A stretch of DNA of 64,000 nt from Rhodosorus marinus CCMP1338. Its lineage: Eukaryota > Plantae > Rhodophyta. The notes under the pieces were generated by a model. That model worked only from the letters and a program-made list of their open reading frames with translations. It did not search any database and had not been told where the DNA came from. Where the stretch lies: the NCBI GenBank assembly GCA_029953675.1, contig JAMWBK010000008.1, forward strand, positions 1,054,001 through 1,118,000. The letters are read 5' to 3'. This document shows positions 26,393-39,407 of this stretch, piece after piece. The stretch's first letter is position 1. Every line of letters begins with the position of its first letter. A program made the position numbers and the translations under genes.

Positions 26393-26958
26393 TTGGCCAT
26401 GGACAGAGCTCCCTGTCTTATCACATTGTCTCTCATTCTGGCTACTGGAAGTCGTTATCCAGGAGCCATCGCATTAGGCCTGATGCTGAGGTTCTTTCTT
26501 GGCTGCACGTTTTACGATATAGCTGCTTTCTCTGTTCGGAACGACTTTGCTGTAAGTTTTGTTCCAGTTCGACGGGTATATAGACTTCCTCATGATAAAG
26601 CAGGGATCCCGGTAACCCCTTGTACTGTTCTCATCCTCACCAGTCCATGCAGTCTTCATGGCAAGCGTGCCGGGGAAGGGGTTCGGGCCTTATCACTCCT
26701 CGGAAAGGTGAATTTTTGAGGAGCAGTTGTACAGAAGAAACGAGCAACTTGACGAATAAATTTGTGAGAGCCTTTGGATCCTATGCTTTGCTCTCATTTA
26801 TGGGGTTCGACGGTGATTTACTGCTACCATCGCGAGGATCATTCTTTGTAGGTGCGCTTTTTATCTTTGTTGGGGTCGTCGTACCGCTGACGTTGGCGGT
26901 TGAGAGAGTTTTTCTGGGATCGGAAGGTGCGCCTGTCAATGGTGAACGGGATGCTTGA
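26393..26958 (+). CDS. Possible spliced small membrane protein
   Basis: A hydrophobic ORF piece ends at a GTAAGT donor (about 26551) and a second hydrophobic piece ends at 26958; exon structure not fully resolved. Confidence 0.35.
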
Positions 26959-27054
26959 TTAGAAGCACTGGGTTGCTAGTTTCTACTGCTTGTTCCGGGA
27001 GTCGTGGAATAGAATTTTCGTCACACCATAGTTTGCCCGAGCGAAAAAGGAAAA

Positions 27055-28250
27055 ATGGGATTCGTGGGATTGGCAATCCCGAACTCCCGGGCGTTGAGAA
27101 TGAGGAGAAGCGTGGACATGTCAAACCTGTCTTTTTCAACCCTGAACGGAAAGAGGGTGGCTTTCACTACCCAGCCGGGCTACGCTACTCGATTCTCAGC
27201 ACTGATCACCGAGGCTGGAGCTCGTCCCGTTTGGTGCCCTACGGTGCAGACCAAGCACTTTATTAGGGATGAGGACTTCTCCGAGCTGGACAAGGCCGTA
27301 CTACTCCTGGGCGAGTATGATATTGTTATTTTCACCTCTAGGAACTCCATAGATGCGTTCTATCAGCGGTAAGTACGCCGTGATAAAAATTGACGCCTAC
27401 AGACGGGTACCTAACTAGAAAGATCTTTATTATCTTTTGGCCCTCGCAGTCTTCTGAAGTGGGGCGAGGGTGACCCTGAGATAGCACAGCTAGCGCTTCT
27501 CAACTCAAAAGTAAAGTTAGCGGTGATTGGTCGTGATGCGTACGTCCTCAAAAGAATCCTAGGTCGTTCTCCTGACATTGCACCAATCGATCCGTCACTC
27601 CCAGGGCTTGTTCATCATCTATCGGGAACAAGCTCCCTGATAGGCAACAGAGTGCGTAGATGTTAACTGAACGTGTTTTGTTTCTGACCAGTGTTCTGAG
27701 TGTCTCTTTAATCGTGTACTCGTCTTTGACAGATACTGTGCTTGATCCCAAAGGTGACCGGCTTGACTGAGCCAGCATCGTTGAGGGACTTCGCCATGGC
27801 ACTGGAGCACGGCGGTGCCTCGGTGGAGATTGTGAACGCCTGCAAAACCGTCGCGACCAAGCCCGAGGAGACGGAACTGGAACGCAAACAGATTGTCTCG
27901 GGTAATGTCGACGTTCTAGCGATGACAAGCTTCGAGGAGGCGGAAGCCTTTGGAAAGCTCGTGAATCCTGATGATCTACCAGCAAAGGTGAGCGATTTTA
28001 AACGGGCATCTACTATTGACCTGTCGCGATAGCAACATCCTAGTTTTCTCAACAGGCTTGAAACGTGCCTTTGTTAATCCAGTTGATCTTGGCAGCGCTG
28101 GGTCCGGATGCGGAGTTTGGCGCACGCTGCGCTGGATTCGAAGTAAACGTCGTCTCCTCCTACTATTCGGAATTCGAAGGTCTAATACAGCGCATCGGCA
28201 TGGAGATGGAAAAGAAAAATCCTCCCACCTCCCTGATCTTGCCTGAGTAG
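27055..28250 (+). CDS. hemD: Uroporphyrinogen-III synthase (HemD)-like protein, plastid-targeted, about 4 exons
   Basis: MGFV transit-like start; motifs KRVAFTTQPGYATRF...PVWCPTV, YDIVIFTSRNSIDAF, LAVIGRDA, VDVLAMTSFEEAEAF and LAALGPDAEFGARCAGFEVNVVS. Confidence 0.8.
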
Positions 28251-28518
28251 AGGACGGAACTTGTCATCCACCCATCACCATTGTTTTTAACATGTAGTAA
28301 TATTTATGGAATGGCAATGAAGCCATCCTGGTAAAGTCGACATTGGAAATGACCAAAACACCTGTAGTGGGCTGCTCCGCGGGAAGGTGACCGGGAGGAA
28401 TGTGCCGGGAGGGACATATCGCGGACATGCATAGTTGCCCTATCGGTTTTTATGCAATCCCGCTAAATTGTTCATTTTTTGAACGGTTCTAGCACAAGCC
28501 TCCCCGGGAACTTGTTGG

Positions 28519-29208
28519 TCATTTGTTTGAAACCGACGCCATTTGAACCTCTTGAATCCAGTAAAACGCGGAAGATCCAATAATATAGTTCCAGCGAACA
28601 ACGTTTCGTCCAGTACGCAAGGACCGGCTAGGTATTTCAAAGTCCTCGACTTTGTACTCAGCTGAGCATGGGGAGTAGCGGCTTAACAGAATTAAGTCAT
28701 TCACAAATATGTCCACGTAAGCTCCATGGTGCTCTCCTTCTTCTCGTAGATGATGCTCCATGTGCTTTATGCTCAGGATCATCCCGCGTTCGGGAATCCG
28801 GGGCAACGTAAAGACTAGGAATAACGCTCCCGAGGGTACTGGATAAATAAAGTGATGTGAGCTATGATCATACTCGTTGTACCTCACGCCACGGCCAACA
28901 TGCACAGCATCAAAACCAGTATATACAGGTCTTCTCGAACGAAAATTGACAGAGCAGTTGGTTTTCTTCTCCATCTCCATGTAAATTTCCCTATTCCCGT
29001 GAGGGACAGCAAAGTCGCGAAGACACAAAGAGCGCCAGAGACTCTCGCTCGTACAAATTGCCAGAAGCCTCCGGTTGACGTGAGAGAGTACACTCAAATC
29101 CCTGGCTTCCAGTCCCTCCGCAACCTTTACCCATATTTCATCTGGAAGTGAGCTCCCGTCCACGGCCACATCGTCCACAGCGTCCTCACCATCCTGGGAC
29201 GAACTCAT
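28519..29208 (-). CDS. F-box protein with C-terminal beta-sandwich-like domain
   Basis: F-box SLPDEIWVKVAEGLEARDLSVLSHVNRRLLAICTSESLWRSLC; intronless 229-aa ORF. Confidence 0.85.
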   Translation of the reverse strand: MSSSQDGEDAVDDVAVDGSSLPDEIWVKVAEGLEARDLSVLSHVNRRLLAICTSESLWRSLCLRDFAVPHGNREIYMEMEKKTNCSVNFRSRRPVYTGFDAVHVGRGVRYNEYDHSSHHFIYPVPSGALFLVFTLPRIPERGMILSIKHMEHHLREEGEHHGAYVDIFVNDLILLSRYSPCSAEYKVEDFEIPSRSLRTGRNVVRWNYIIGSSAFYWIQEVQMASVSNK

Positions 29209-29605
29209 CCCAGTGTATTCGTCCCCCGTACAATTCTTCGTAAAATTTTAAGTAACAAACTTGCAAGCAGCCTCTCCCACGACAAAGCCCCTGACACTCG
29301 TTCCGAACGCAAACTGCCAGCATCAACAGGCGCTCAAGTCCGGAAACCTGAAGCACTGCATTCAACGAGAGTCCGGCACAGCCTGCACGTTAGTCTTCCC
29401 TTCAAAACCCCAGCTTGTTCCCAAAAACCCTCATCCAAAAGCCCAAAGCCAATAACCCAATAAAACCAACCCTTTTGACCCCCAGCAAAAATGCTCTTTT
29501 CCCAGAGAACCAACGGGTTCAGTAGAACAATTCTCTTGCCAGAACTCTTCTAAACCCCAACCTACCTCCTCCTGTCCTAATCAGCTTCTATCTCGTCCCT
29601 CCTTA

Positions 29606-29790
29606 ACCCCAAACCCCACCCCACCCCACCCTCACCATCATATAAATACATATTCAGACAGTTCTACTTAACAAAAATTAACACTTCAACCAGCCCCTTT
29701 TTTAGAAAAACAAATCCACAATACAAATCTCATCTCATAGGATTACCCTAGTCCACCACCACCCACACACCCACCACCCACCACCCCCTC
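29606..29790 (-). promoter_or_regulatory. G-run clusters (potential G-quadruplex) upstream of the F-box gene
   Basis: The plus strand reads ACCCCAAACCCCACCCCACCCCACCC at about 29606-29632 and CCACCACCACCCACACACCCACCACCCACCACCCC at about 29753-29788. Confidence 0.5.
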
Positions 29791-32407
29791 ACCGAGTTCC
29801 GTAACCCAAAAGTGGAATTTCCTGCAATAGAAGACCAACCACCAAGTCCTGAAAAACCCAATCTTTTCCCATATTTTCATTATGTGGTGTGAACTATGTT
29901 TATTTTTTATTTTTTCTAGTATATAATGGGATCAAATAGGAATGACTGTTTTCTTGTATTCAGCTACTGGAATCTGGATGTGACGTTGGGGCGTTGTCCT
30001 TGATTGAGACGCTTGCGGTATTGGGTGCGGTTTAAGAGAGTTACTTGTACTCGGGCGACAGACTGGACTGTCCGGTCTGTACATGGCTATGAGTTTGATG
30101 CTATGACATATGAAAGCAGGCTTGTTGTTAAAAAAGCGTGTAGCATGTGCCTTTGGTAGCTTAGTGCTCTCATAGAGTAGTTAGTCTCTGAAAAACACAC
30201 TTGTGCTGTTTGTTGTAATCTGTATTCGGTCCCGAAATAGACCACCGTACGTGTGTACTGTGTGTAGCTGAGGGGGCTTCAACGACTGCAGCGATGAAGT
30301 TGCTGTGGGTTGTGTGGTTGGTTTGGTAGCCTGGGAGCCTGCCGGTTGCAATCCAATGGCGGCGCAAAGATGGATAAACCTGGGGTTAAGTTTTCTGAGA
30401 GTCGTAATTTTTTCGTGCAACTGAAGGTGGTGCATTATCACAGATGATGTGGGGAAAGCTGTAAGCTTGAGGGATAGGCTTTCGGGACGTAAGTGGTGTG
30501 GTATCTCGAGTAGAAAACTTATTTTTTCCGATAACTAACAAAGGCGATTACAAGCCGAAGCTTGTGAAGCTATTAACAATTTTTTGGATGACCCTGTGTA
30601 CACTTACCCGTTCGGGGTTTCCCGATGCGAATCAATCTTCCTTTAGAACGAGTGCCCTTGCGTCTAGCTCATCCTCACTGAGGCGACTCTTTGGGATAAA
30701 GGCGGCCGACGTGGTGCGATTTATGAACCACCCCTCGCCTATGGGATCGAGTTCCCGACGGTGAGCACCTTCCAAGCGAACGGAAGAGCATGCTGAAGTT
30801 CTACAAGAAGGCTCTCTCGAGCTTCATGCCCCACCGAACGATGCCTTGCGTTCCTGTCCGGCTCGAAGGGAACCTCATGAGGTCCGCGGAGGTGGGTATG
30901 CTCCCGAAAAAAATCGGGACAAAACGCAGGCGAGAGAGCCAATTTCGTGCTAGGAATCCGTAACATTCTGGGTATTGTCCGAAGACTGGAGTTTTCTACG
31001 AAGACAGCCCAGATTCAGCGTCTGTTTGCTGTTCAGTGATCGCTGATTCATCGAGGGCTCAGGGCGACCTGGCTTCGGACTGTGTTTTCGCGATCGTGAT
31101 GATGTCGGTATCCACTCGAGGCTAACAAACCATTTACTGCAGCACAAGTTCGGTCAAGCACCTATGCTTACCTCATTATGCCAAACTCCAAACACGACAG
31201 CAAGCCCAGACCACGAAGGGCCTCCTTCATCAGATTACATCCTTTCCCGTCAACGCCAGCACGAGCCAAAAGTACCGACAACACAGGCTCTATTTCAACT
31301 CCAACACAACCGTTTCCCAGTTCATTAGCGCACCACCACACAACCGAAAACTGGCGCCTCTTTGGCGGGAGGTTCCCTTCAAAAGGCTGTCCTATACTCT
31401 AACTTATCTGTTCCTTCGTGGTGTGCTTACTCTCACACAGCAGAGACCAAGTCGGAATACCCTCAGATCCTCTAACCGCTTCCGGCCGGCAGTATTCGCC
31501 AACAGGGCACCGCTCCATTTGCTTTTTTCTTTGTATTTTGGTTGTTCCAGGTCTTGCAGCGAATCAGACCACTTCTGCCCACTTTTTTCCAATCATTACT
31601 CTCTGTTCGAAGCTAGCATCCAATCATAGCTCGGAAACTATAGGTGATGGGGGGTCCGGCGTAGTACGACAGTGCACTTTTGTACGTGTACTAATTACTC
31701 TGGAAAGAAAACCCAACGGGGGGGTGTATGTGGGGTGTTCCAATGCCCCATTTATTTGATTCGAGACTGGTTTTGATGCTTTCTCCTTTTTTAGGTTTAG
31801 TTTTGAGAGGTGATAAATTTTCTCAGTGTTGCTTTGCTGGGGCATGAGGTCCTTCCTCGGGATGCAATCTTGCTGAGAAGAAGCCGTGAAGAGAAGTGAG
31901 TTTAGACAGACAAATTTTGATATTTAATCGCTCATCGTGTATATTTTGAATCCTTAATGGTGTCTTGAGGACCAACCCACCCTGCCCAGAGGATGAGGTT
32001 GTGCTTGCGAGCCGGACTCGAGTGGTAGGAAGCTCAAATCGATTCGAGAAGATTCAGCAGTTTCTAGAAAGCCCCATCCAGCTGAACAGCTCCCTTGCTC
32101 ATGACGCTTGCTGAAAGCTCCGCAAGTCGAGTGCAGCTCATCAATGACGTCCATTGAGATCGGCTATCGATTTCAGGGCTGCCTCGGTGGAGAACTGTTT
32201 TCAGAGTTTGGGGTGGGGAACTGGTTGAAGCGGACTGTAGAACAGAGTGCCGTAGGCGCAGTATGGATGCTGTTCTGCTCTTGGGGATGGATTTGGTTTT
32301 GCTGATGATGTAGCGTTTCAATCAAGTCAATGGGAGAGGCGATACGTTCTGTAGGAGTCGGATTTCCTTCAGTAGATGCCCGGTAAGATCATTCGCGAAG
32401 GGTTTCG

Positions 32408-32725
32408 ATGGAGGAGGCAAGCGCAGAGGAGGATCTGATCAGTGAAGTAGAGGCCGTGCTTAGGGAATTGACCAAGGAATGCTTGAGAACGCAACCGAAA
32501 GACATGCCGGGTTTCTGTCGAAGTTTCCTAGCTCCAGGGTCATCTGGATCTGAACCCGATCCCGTGAGGCCTGGTTTAAAGCAACGTCCGGATGATTGGC
32601 TGGAGTTTTCTACAGAGCTGGAGCAGACTCTGAAGGACTTGACTAAAGCATGCCTCCTAGAAAAACCACGAGATGTGCGGAACTTCTGCTACAGTTATTT
32701 TCAGCGACGAATAGGAAACAAGTAA
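32408..32725 (+). CDS. 105-aa protein with two RIIa/Dpy-30-like dimerization-docking (D/D) domains
   Basis: VEAVLRELTKECLRTQPKDMPGFCRSFL and LEQTLKDLTKACLLEKPRDVRNFCYSYF both fit the L..L.....L..QP.D...F...YF pattern. Confidence 0.75.
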   Translation: MEEASAEEDLISEVEAVLRELTKECLRTQPKDMPGFCRSFLAPGSSGSEPDPVRPGLKQRPDDWLEFSTELEQTLKDLTKACLLEKPRDVRNFCYSYFQRRIGNK

Positions 32726-32870
32726 CATAACAATATGTGTTGGTTTACTTCCGATTCTCGGAGTCATCCAGATAAATAATTGTTATACACTAGGTTCCAA
32801 TAGTACATATACACCTGCTACAACCATCGCAAACTGAACATAAAGACAAGTCAAACCTCAACTGGCTCCC

Positions 32871-35786
32871 TTATGGTTCGTACACATAATATTCTGGGAT
32901 TGATGGAGATCTGGAGATGAATTCTTGCTGGAGCACATAATCGATTTCTCTCTTAACAGCTTTTGCTTCAGCGTGGTATCGGCAGCGGCTCCTCAGCCCC
33001 AGGATTGTTTGTTCGACGAGCTCTTGATGTGACATGCACTCTGTTCTCTTCATTATCCTCACCAGTTCCGCCTGTATTTTCAAACTACCAGTGCTCTCAG
33101 ACGATTTACTGGACATGCTCTCAGGACACCCACCATTTCTTCTCTGCAGATGCTGCAGATCGACTACTTTTCCGGGCGGTTTGAATTTCTCGTTTAGCCG
33201 AACCTTGGAACTGCGATTGTCGGGAAGAAGCAGCGACGACTTCACCAGATCCTCCGCCATCTGACGATCTCCTTCAGCGACGGTGATTTCCTCTTCTTCG
33301 TTGAATTTCAACAAGAAGACCGCTACGTCAGTATTGGAGACTATATCGAAAGTGTTCTCCAGTCCCAAATAAGCGACCAGCGTGACCTGGGACAAACCCT
33401 TCTGCCAGCTCAGCCGGCACTTTGCTTCCTTCGTTTCTTTGTAGTATGCTTCGAAAAGAACCATAGGGTCGGACAGTTCCCTAGGAAATTGATCAGGGAG
33501 CAGTTGGTCGCCCTGCAATCCCTCGGGATAGGCACCTTTCTGTACGCTGTTGCTCCGTACAAGCTCCGGTGTAGGCCAGCTTGACGCTTGGAGCACCATA
33601 GCGGAAAAGTCTCCGACGTTTTCAGGCCGCGGTCGAAGCTTGTCTTTCCAGAACGATACTGTCAATTCCTTGCTGCTGGCAAGGTCAGACAGCATAGCCT
33701 CGATTCTTGGTGTGTTTTCGGTGCCACACCTGCGCATTCACAAGCAAATAGAGCATGTTTAGCGCTTGTCAGTTTGGAACTGTTAGCCAGGGGCGACGGG
33801 AAAGGTTTGGGGTAACAGAAAGCGCATACACATCTTCTATCCTCGCCAGCATCGTTTTTTCAGCTTGCTCTGATATTGAACATTTCTAGATTTTCAAATC
33901 GAATTCGAGATGGCCATTTCCATGTCAGAAAAAGCCCGTTGTGTTTTACCGACGCTCTGGACTCGCGAATACACTTACGCGTATGAGCCTCCTCGCAAGT
34001 TCATTTGAGTACAATCGCAAGAACTCCTGCTTCTCATTCAGGTACCTGAACAGTCTCGTAAGTTTCTCGAACTTTTCCTCTAGTTCACCGTCTCCCAAGC
34101 GCTGCGTACCGCAGTTCATTCCGAGAACCTAAACGAAGAGTGGAAAGGGAAACTCCCGCCTAAGATTCAGCCGTATGCTGGTTTTTCCCGTAACACAGCC
34201 GCTCGATGTGGGAGCTATTAGGATCTTACAAGGTTACTAAAGACTGCAAGATGCTGTGGAGCCCTCGGCACACTATTTATGAACTGTATGCATCCCTGCT
34301 CGAGGGCCAACTCGAAAAGACCATGGCTTTGGAAAGCCTCCGCAACCAGCTCACGATATCGAGAGTACACACTCCAAGACGCCAGTACAAATTTTTCAGC
34401 ATCTTCAGCAGTTCGTAAGCCAGCGTCGCCCTGCCAACTGGAAAGTCCCGCTGCACTGCACGATTCAGTCCCCACAGAGAACTGTTTCATTGCGTCAGTG
34501 CCCGCTTCGTAGATCTGCTCTCGGAGGTGCTCCTGGAGCAGAATACGAGGATCCTCGAGCGTTGAGACAAGCGTGTAGAGGCGTCTCAAGTCCTCAACGT
34601 TCTGTTGACTAATGAGCTTCGGAACGAGTTTGGAAACAACTTCTTGGGCATGCTCGGCAACTAGCGCATTCAGAAGTACTTCTTCGAGGGCACTCATCGT
34701 AGACACATGTACGTAATTCTCCGCGGCCTTGACTTCTGACATGAAGATGTGGTCATGAACAACTCGAATGAACTCCATCAAATCTATCCCCTCGTAGACG
34801 CGAGCCCCAACGCCGCTAAAGTATTTTCTTGTCTTGTCCAGCATCGGTAGCTCGTACAACTCTTTGTAGAGACGCAGTTGATTCTCTGTCAAGAGGCCTA
34901 CATCATTCCCGGAGCTGAAGTTGCAGGTCATGTCCTTGAAGCGCTGTTGGAATTTTTCAATCTCCTGAGCCTGGCCCTGGTCTTCCAGCTCAGCTGTTCC
35001 GAGCGCCTCGCAAACAAGAACAAGACTCTCAAAATATTGACGAAAGCTTTCCAATTCTGCGCTTTTAAGCTCCGGAATGTAGCTAGTGTTGCTGGAAGGC
35101 GCCCATCCCCGATTTTTCCGCTCATCAGCGATCCGGCCGAGAATTACTGACGTAACTTGGTTGCTGACGTCTTGCACCACGCGTTCATACCACAGCTGAA
35201 GGCCCAAAACGACAACGCCAGAGTATTTTGGACGTCGGCACGTGTCATGTTCATCCAAATCTTCGCAATAAAGCTCTGCGTCCTCCATCACCCGGTCCAA
35301 GTGGGCGAAAATCATTGATAGCTTCAGGAGCCCCTCTCGATAGCCCTGCCATAGTTTGGAGTAATGCCCTAACTTCGAAATATCACTACCCTCCCATTTC
35401 GACGCGGTACGTTTCAAATCTTGAATCCTCACGTCCAGCGCTTTCTGGAGGTGTGGAGGCCGGCTCTCACTGGCGTGTATCTCCTCAACCTCTGTTCGTC
35501 CGCCTATGAGGAACGCTGCTGCGCTTACATGGGTTAGAAAGCTTTCCTCCAGCACGTTTACCACTGCTTGATGCTCTCCGGCCGAACAGAACTTGTACAC
35601 CAGCCACTCGTATTGAACAAAGGAGGCCGACTTCTCAAACTCGGCCGTGTCAGGCATTAAGAGCACCAGGATGATTTCCCACAGCTCTGGGACAAGCTGT
35701 TTAAGATCCGCGCGGAGAAAATAGTTGCTCTCATTATCCTGCTCCGTCGCGTCTGCTCGCAATTGATGCTGTACTGAAAGCGCCAT
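32871..35786 (-). CDS. Divergent cullin (about 4 exons)
   Basis: Motifs YSKLWQGYREGLLKLSMIFAHLDR, LFRYLNEKQEFLRLYSNELARRLIR, spliced RIEDV|CGTENTPRIEAMLSDLASSKEL, MVLQASSWP and LSWQKGLSQVTL; neddylation motif IQAELVRIMKR. Confidence 0.88.
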
Positions 35787-38700
35787 CTTCCACAAGCATC
35801 CGAGCCGCTCTTTCTCTTTCCGCCCCTACTGCTGCTCTCTCATCAGACCCTCGTCGCGAGCCAATCAATGCCGGGGGAATCCTCAACCTTCTCTTACTCT
35901 ACTAGCCGCTCATTTGCGTCCTCCGACATGAACCAATCTCATTTAACGAGCTATCATCTCCTGGATTCATTCAATTCACGAAAGCTTGTAATGATTATAT
36001 CACAACTCCCATCCTTCAAAAACTGCTAAATTTCTCGCCTGACAAACAAGACCATCAACTATCATCCTAAGTTAACTGAGCTGCGTCCTCCTCAAACTCG
36101 GTTTCACCAAGTCACCTCATCTCATCTCTTTCTCCCAGCCGCAAGCAGAAATGTCAGCTGTCACAACGGTTGATTGGCAACATATCTCATGGTTCTCTGC
36201 GGATAAGGTTGATCTGTCAAGCGATCAGTGATAGACTTAATTATATATATATTTCATCGTTCGTTTCTTACTTGTACTGTACTCCGTATAAATAGCCCAT
36301 AAGTCAATATCTTGGAAGCAGCTCTGATCCAAATGCGAATCAGAACAAATCTTACTCTGCTACGAATTTCTTCACTCTTTCTGGGACGCGTGGAACTGTA
36401 TTATTTGTTTAGCTCTCGACATAATGGTCTCAACAAAGCAACTTTTTGGACAGGCTTTCAAACGGCGGCGAGATGGGAGCTGGGGTTCTACTGTGCCACA
36501 GCGCAATGATGAGACGTACCTGGTAACGATGACTGAGCCTAATTCGTGAGGAGCGGTTGGGATTTTCCCGCCATCCAGGCACTCCGCCTCCCGGGAACTA
36601 CTCATAGAGTTGGGAGCTGTCTTTCAAGCTTCCGGGCGTCGCTGCGTCGTGACCACATGACGTCATGGGGGAGTGTGGCATTGCAAGGGATGTCCTGCGA
36701 CAATAGTGTTGTCTCAACGCATTTTCCGGTATCTGATCTGCCTCTGGGAACGAGCATTCCGGAAAAAAATAGTTGTTTCTCATGGATGATTGAATGTTGA
36801 GGTTATTAGGCCCTTAGCAAGTGGAGCACCAGACACAAAGTCCATACAACATATAGGATTTAGAGAGCGCTTGGCATACTACAAACCGAAAACGGTCGAT
36901 ATTGAGCGAAGGCTCTACGAATAGGTAAATAGGTCGCATACGGTGTCATCATTGCCTCTTCCGGATGATTCTTCGCGGCGTATGACAACGAAAATGAAAC
37001 TGATTCAAAAAGGGTCGTACAAAATTAACTTCATATGGACTGCGTTCCTTCATCCGACGGCGTCCCAGGGATTTCCTGCGGGCTCGGGCGCATACTAACT
37101 TTCTCTCTCACTTCTCCGCCCACGCTTCAGGCTGCGTTAATAGAGCACATGGAACCTTCCAAGTAGTGCAGCGCTCGTCAGTGGAGCAGAACCGAGGTAG
37201 CAAATTCCTTGCGGCATTTCACTAAAGCCAAACATTACGGAAAAAAGTGTAAAAACGTATGAAAATAGATTAAAAAGCGTACTAATCCCATAAGAAAAAT
37301 CCAAGACAAATTGCGACCGAGCACGGTCTGAAAATTGCAACTTGGATCGAGTTTTTCTCTCTGTTCGGACCGCCACAAAAACAAAAGTAAAGGTGTTCTT
37401 GTTTGCTCAGCCCGACTGGCACGGTTAAGTTCACAAGAGAAGAGATATTTGTTTCAACGAAAAATCGTGTGGAACCAATAAGTGAATATCTAGCCAAGAG
37501 GAGTTCAAAATCTGACACCAGAGTTTGTTTGGGTTTGCTAATTTTAGGGTTGTCATAAAACGTCCGGTAAAAAAGAGATGTTCATGTCATCGGGAATATA
37601 CGAGCAATTTGGGTGTTTCGGTGTGGAAAACCTTGAAGACGTCTCTGATTGTTGGAATTTTATCGGACGTATGGTGCGGAGGAATTTGGCTCCTAGCCCC
37701 AGCAACTCTCTTCTACTCTTCCGCATTAGAGTATGGACTAGTATTTGTGCAAAACTGTTTTATCGGACGAACACGGATGCTCCGTAGGAGGCTGCAGTGA
37801 GACCCTTTTGAGGCTGGTACGAAAGGACTTCCTGTTGGCGAATTATAGAACACTTCCCCCACCAAGACGACACCCAAACCAAAACCAAACGCTAAATATA
37901 GCAGGTAGCAAGCAAAGCAATCGGCCAAAGCGGAAACGGCAGGTGCTGAATCCCTAACTCAAGTCCAGCTCAGTGCCTCTTAGTTCTTGCTTTCAACTCT
38001 CCTCACAAGTTAGTTGGCTCGCCGCTTCCCTCCTCTTTCTCCCCCTGTTCCTCATACTCGGCTCCTCGCATGGTGATGTCGGACCACGATATATGGACGC
38101 AGCCGACGTTCAGTATAAAATTTGCTCAGGTTCCACGACTATATCGCTCAAATGGCACTTTCGGAGTGTGTCGCTAGCTCGTCTCGGAGGTGTTTGCTTA
38201 GGAGGTTCCAGATGCCATGGAGAAGCCGTGTATATCCTTCTGGGTGTGCACGGAAGGTCAAACGGAGCAGTCCGGAGCCGTCATTAACCCCCGTTCTAAT
38301 AGCAAATGTAGGTTGCATTGTATATCGGGAGCGCTGAGAGCGTGGCGACCCTCATTGGGCAACGAATTCAGGAGAACGCACCCAACTCTGCAGATGAGCG
38401 TAGACGCGTCCGAAACTCGTCCGAGAGGTAGGAGTTGTCCACAAATGCCTCAAAAACGCGCCGCTGACTCCCCTCGGAAATTAAATGTGGAATCATATGA
38501 GCCAAAGTCTGAGCATATGGTGTTGCGGGGGTTAAACAGTAAAGGAGGAAAATATAACGGTTATTATAAACGAAAGGTATTTTGCGTAAGTATGAAGACT
38601 AATTCTTGGGGCTTGAGAGTTCGGAGTGGAAACCAAGAAGTCGTTTGCCGTTGAGCACAACGTCATCAGCGCGAGGAGGAGGTTTTAGCGAAGGAAATCT

Positions 38701-39407
38701 ACGAACCACCGATTGTTGATGGGACTTTCCGTTCCGACCGGAGCGGACTTCGAATGTCCATCGGCACCCCATTGAAAGGTTCAGCCAAGCTTGAAACGTA
38801 ATCTTTCCCATTACGGAGGTTCTTTAGTTAGACTGGAAATAAATTAAGGGATTTCTACTTTCGTTAATGAGACGGAACCCAGTTCTTGCTTTCTAATTCA
38901 GACCCGAAAATTTCTTATCGGACGCCGGTAAATCCAGGAACTAACTATTTATTAAGCGGATCATGTCTGATATCAATCGGAAGTTAATCGGACGCCTTCA
39001 TATTGGACACAGATGACAACCAAACTACTCCATGCATCAATGGTTTAGCTCGTGAGGATGCATAATCTACTTTCACGGCTAGATCTGGTAAAATCTTGCG
39101 CAAGGCCTGTCTCCATGTCAACCAGTTTTATGGATTTTTCGCGGAGAGCTATATGAACGTCGTTGTTGTGAGAGTTGCTGTGCTGGTTGAGATGTGGCAG
39201 GGGTTTGGGGTTACCGGATTGTGGAACTCAGCTTGGTTCTTTGTTTTTTTGCGGTGAGGGCGACTGTAGTTGGGGAGATCACCAGGTGGGTTTGTGTTAA
39301 AAGTTGAAAGCTCTTGTCCCAGCTGGTGTTGAACGAGTTTTCCTTGTTCTGGTTAGAGTCGATTTTTCTTGTACGATCTTGGATTGTGCAAGTGTGAGAA
39401 GGCGATC

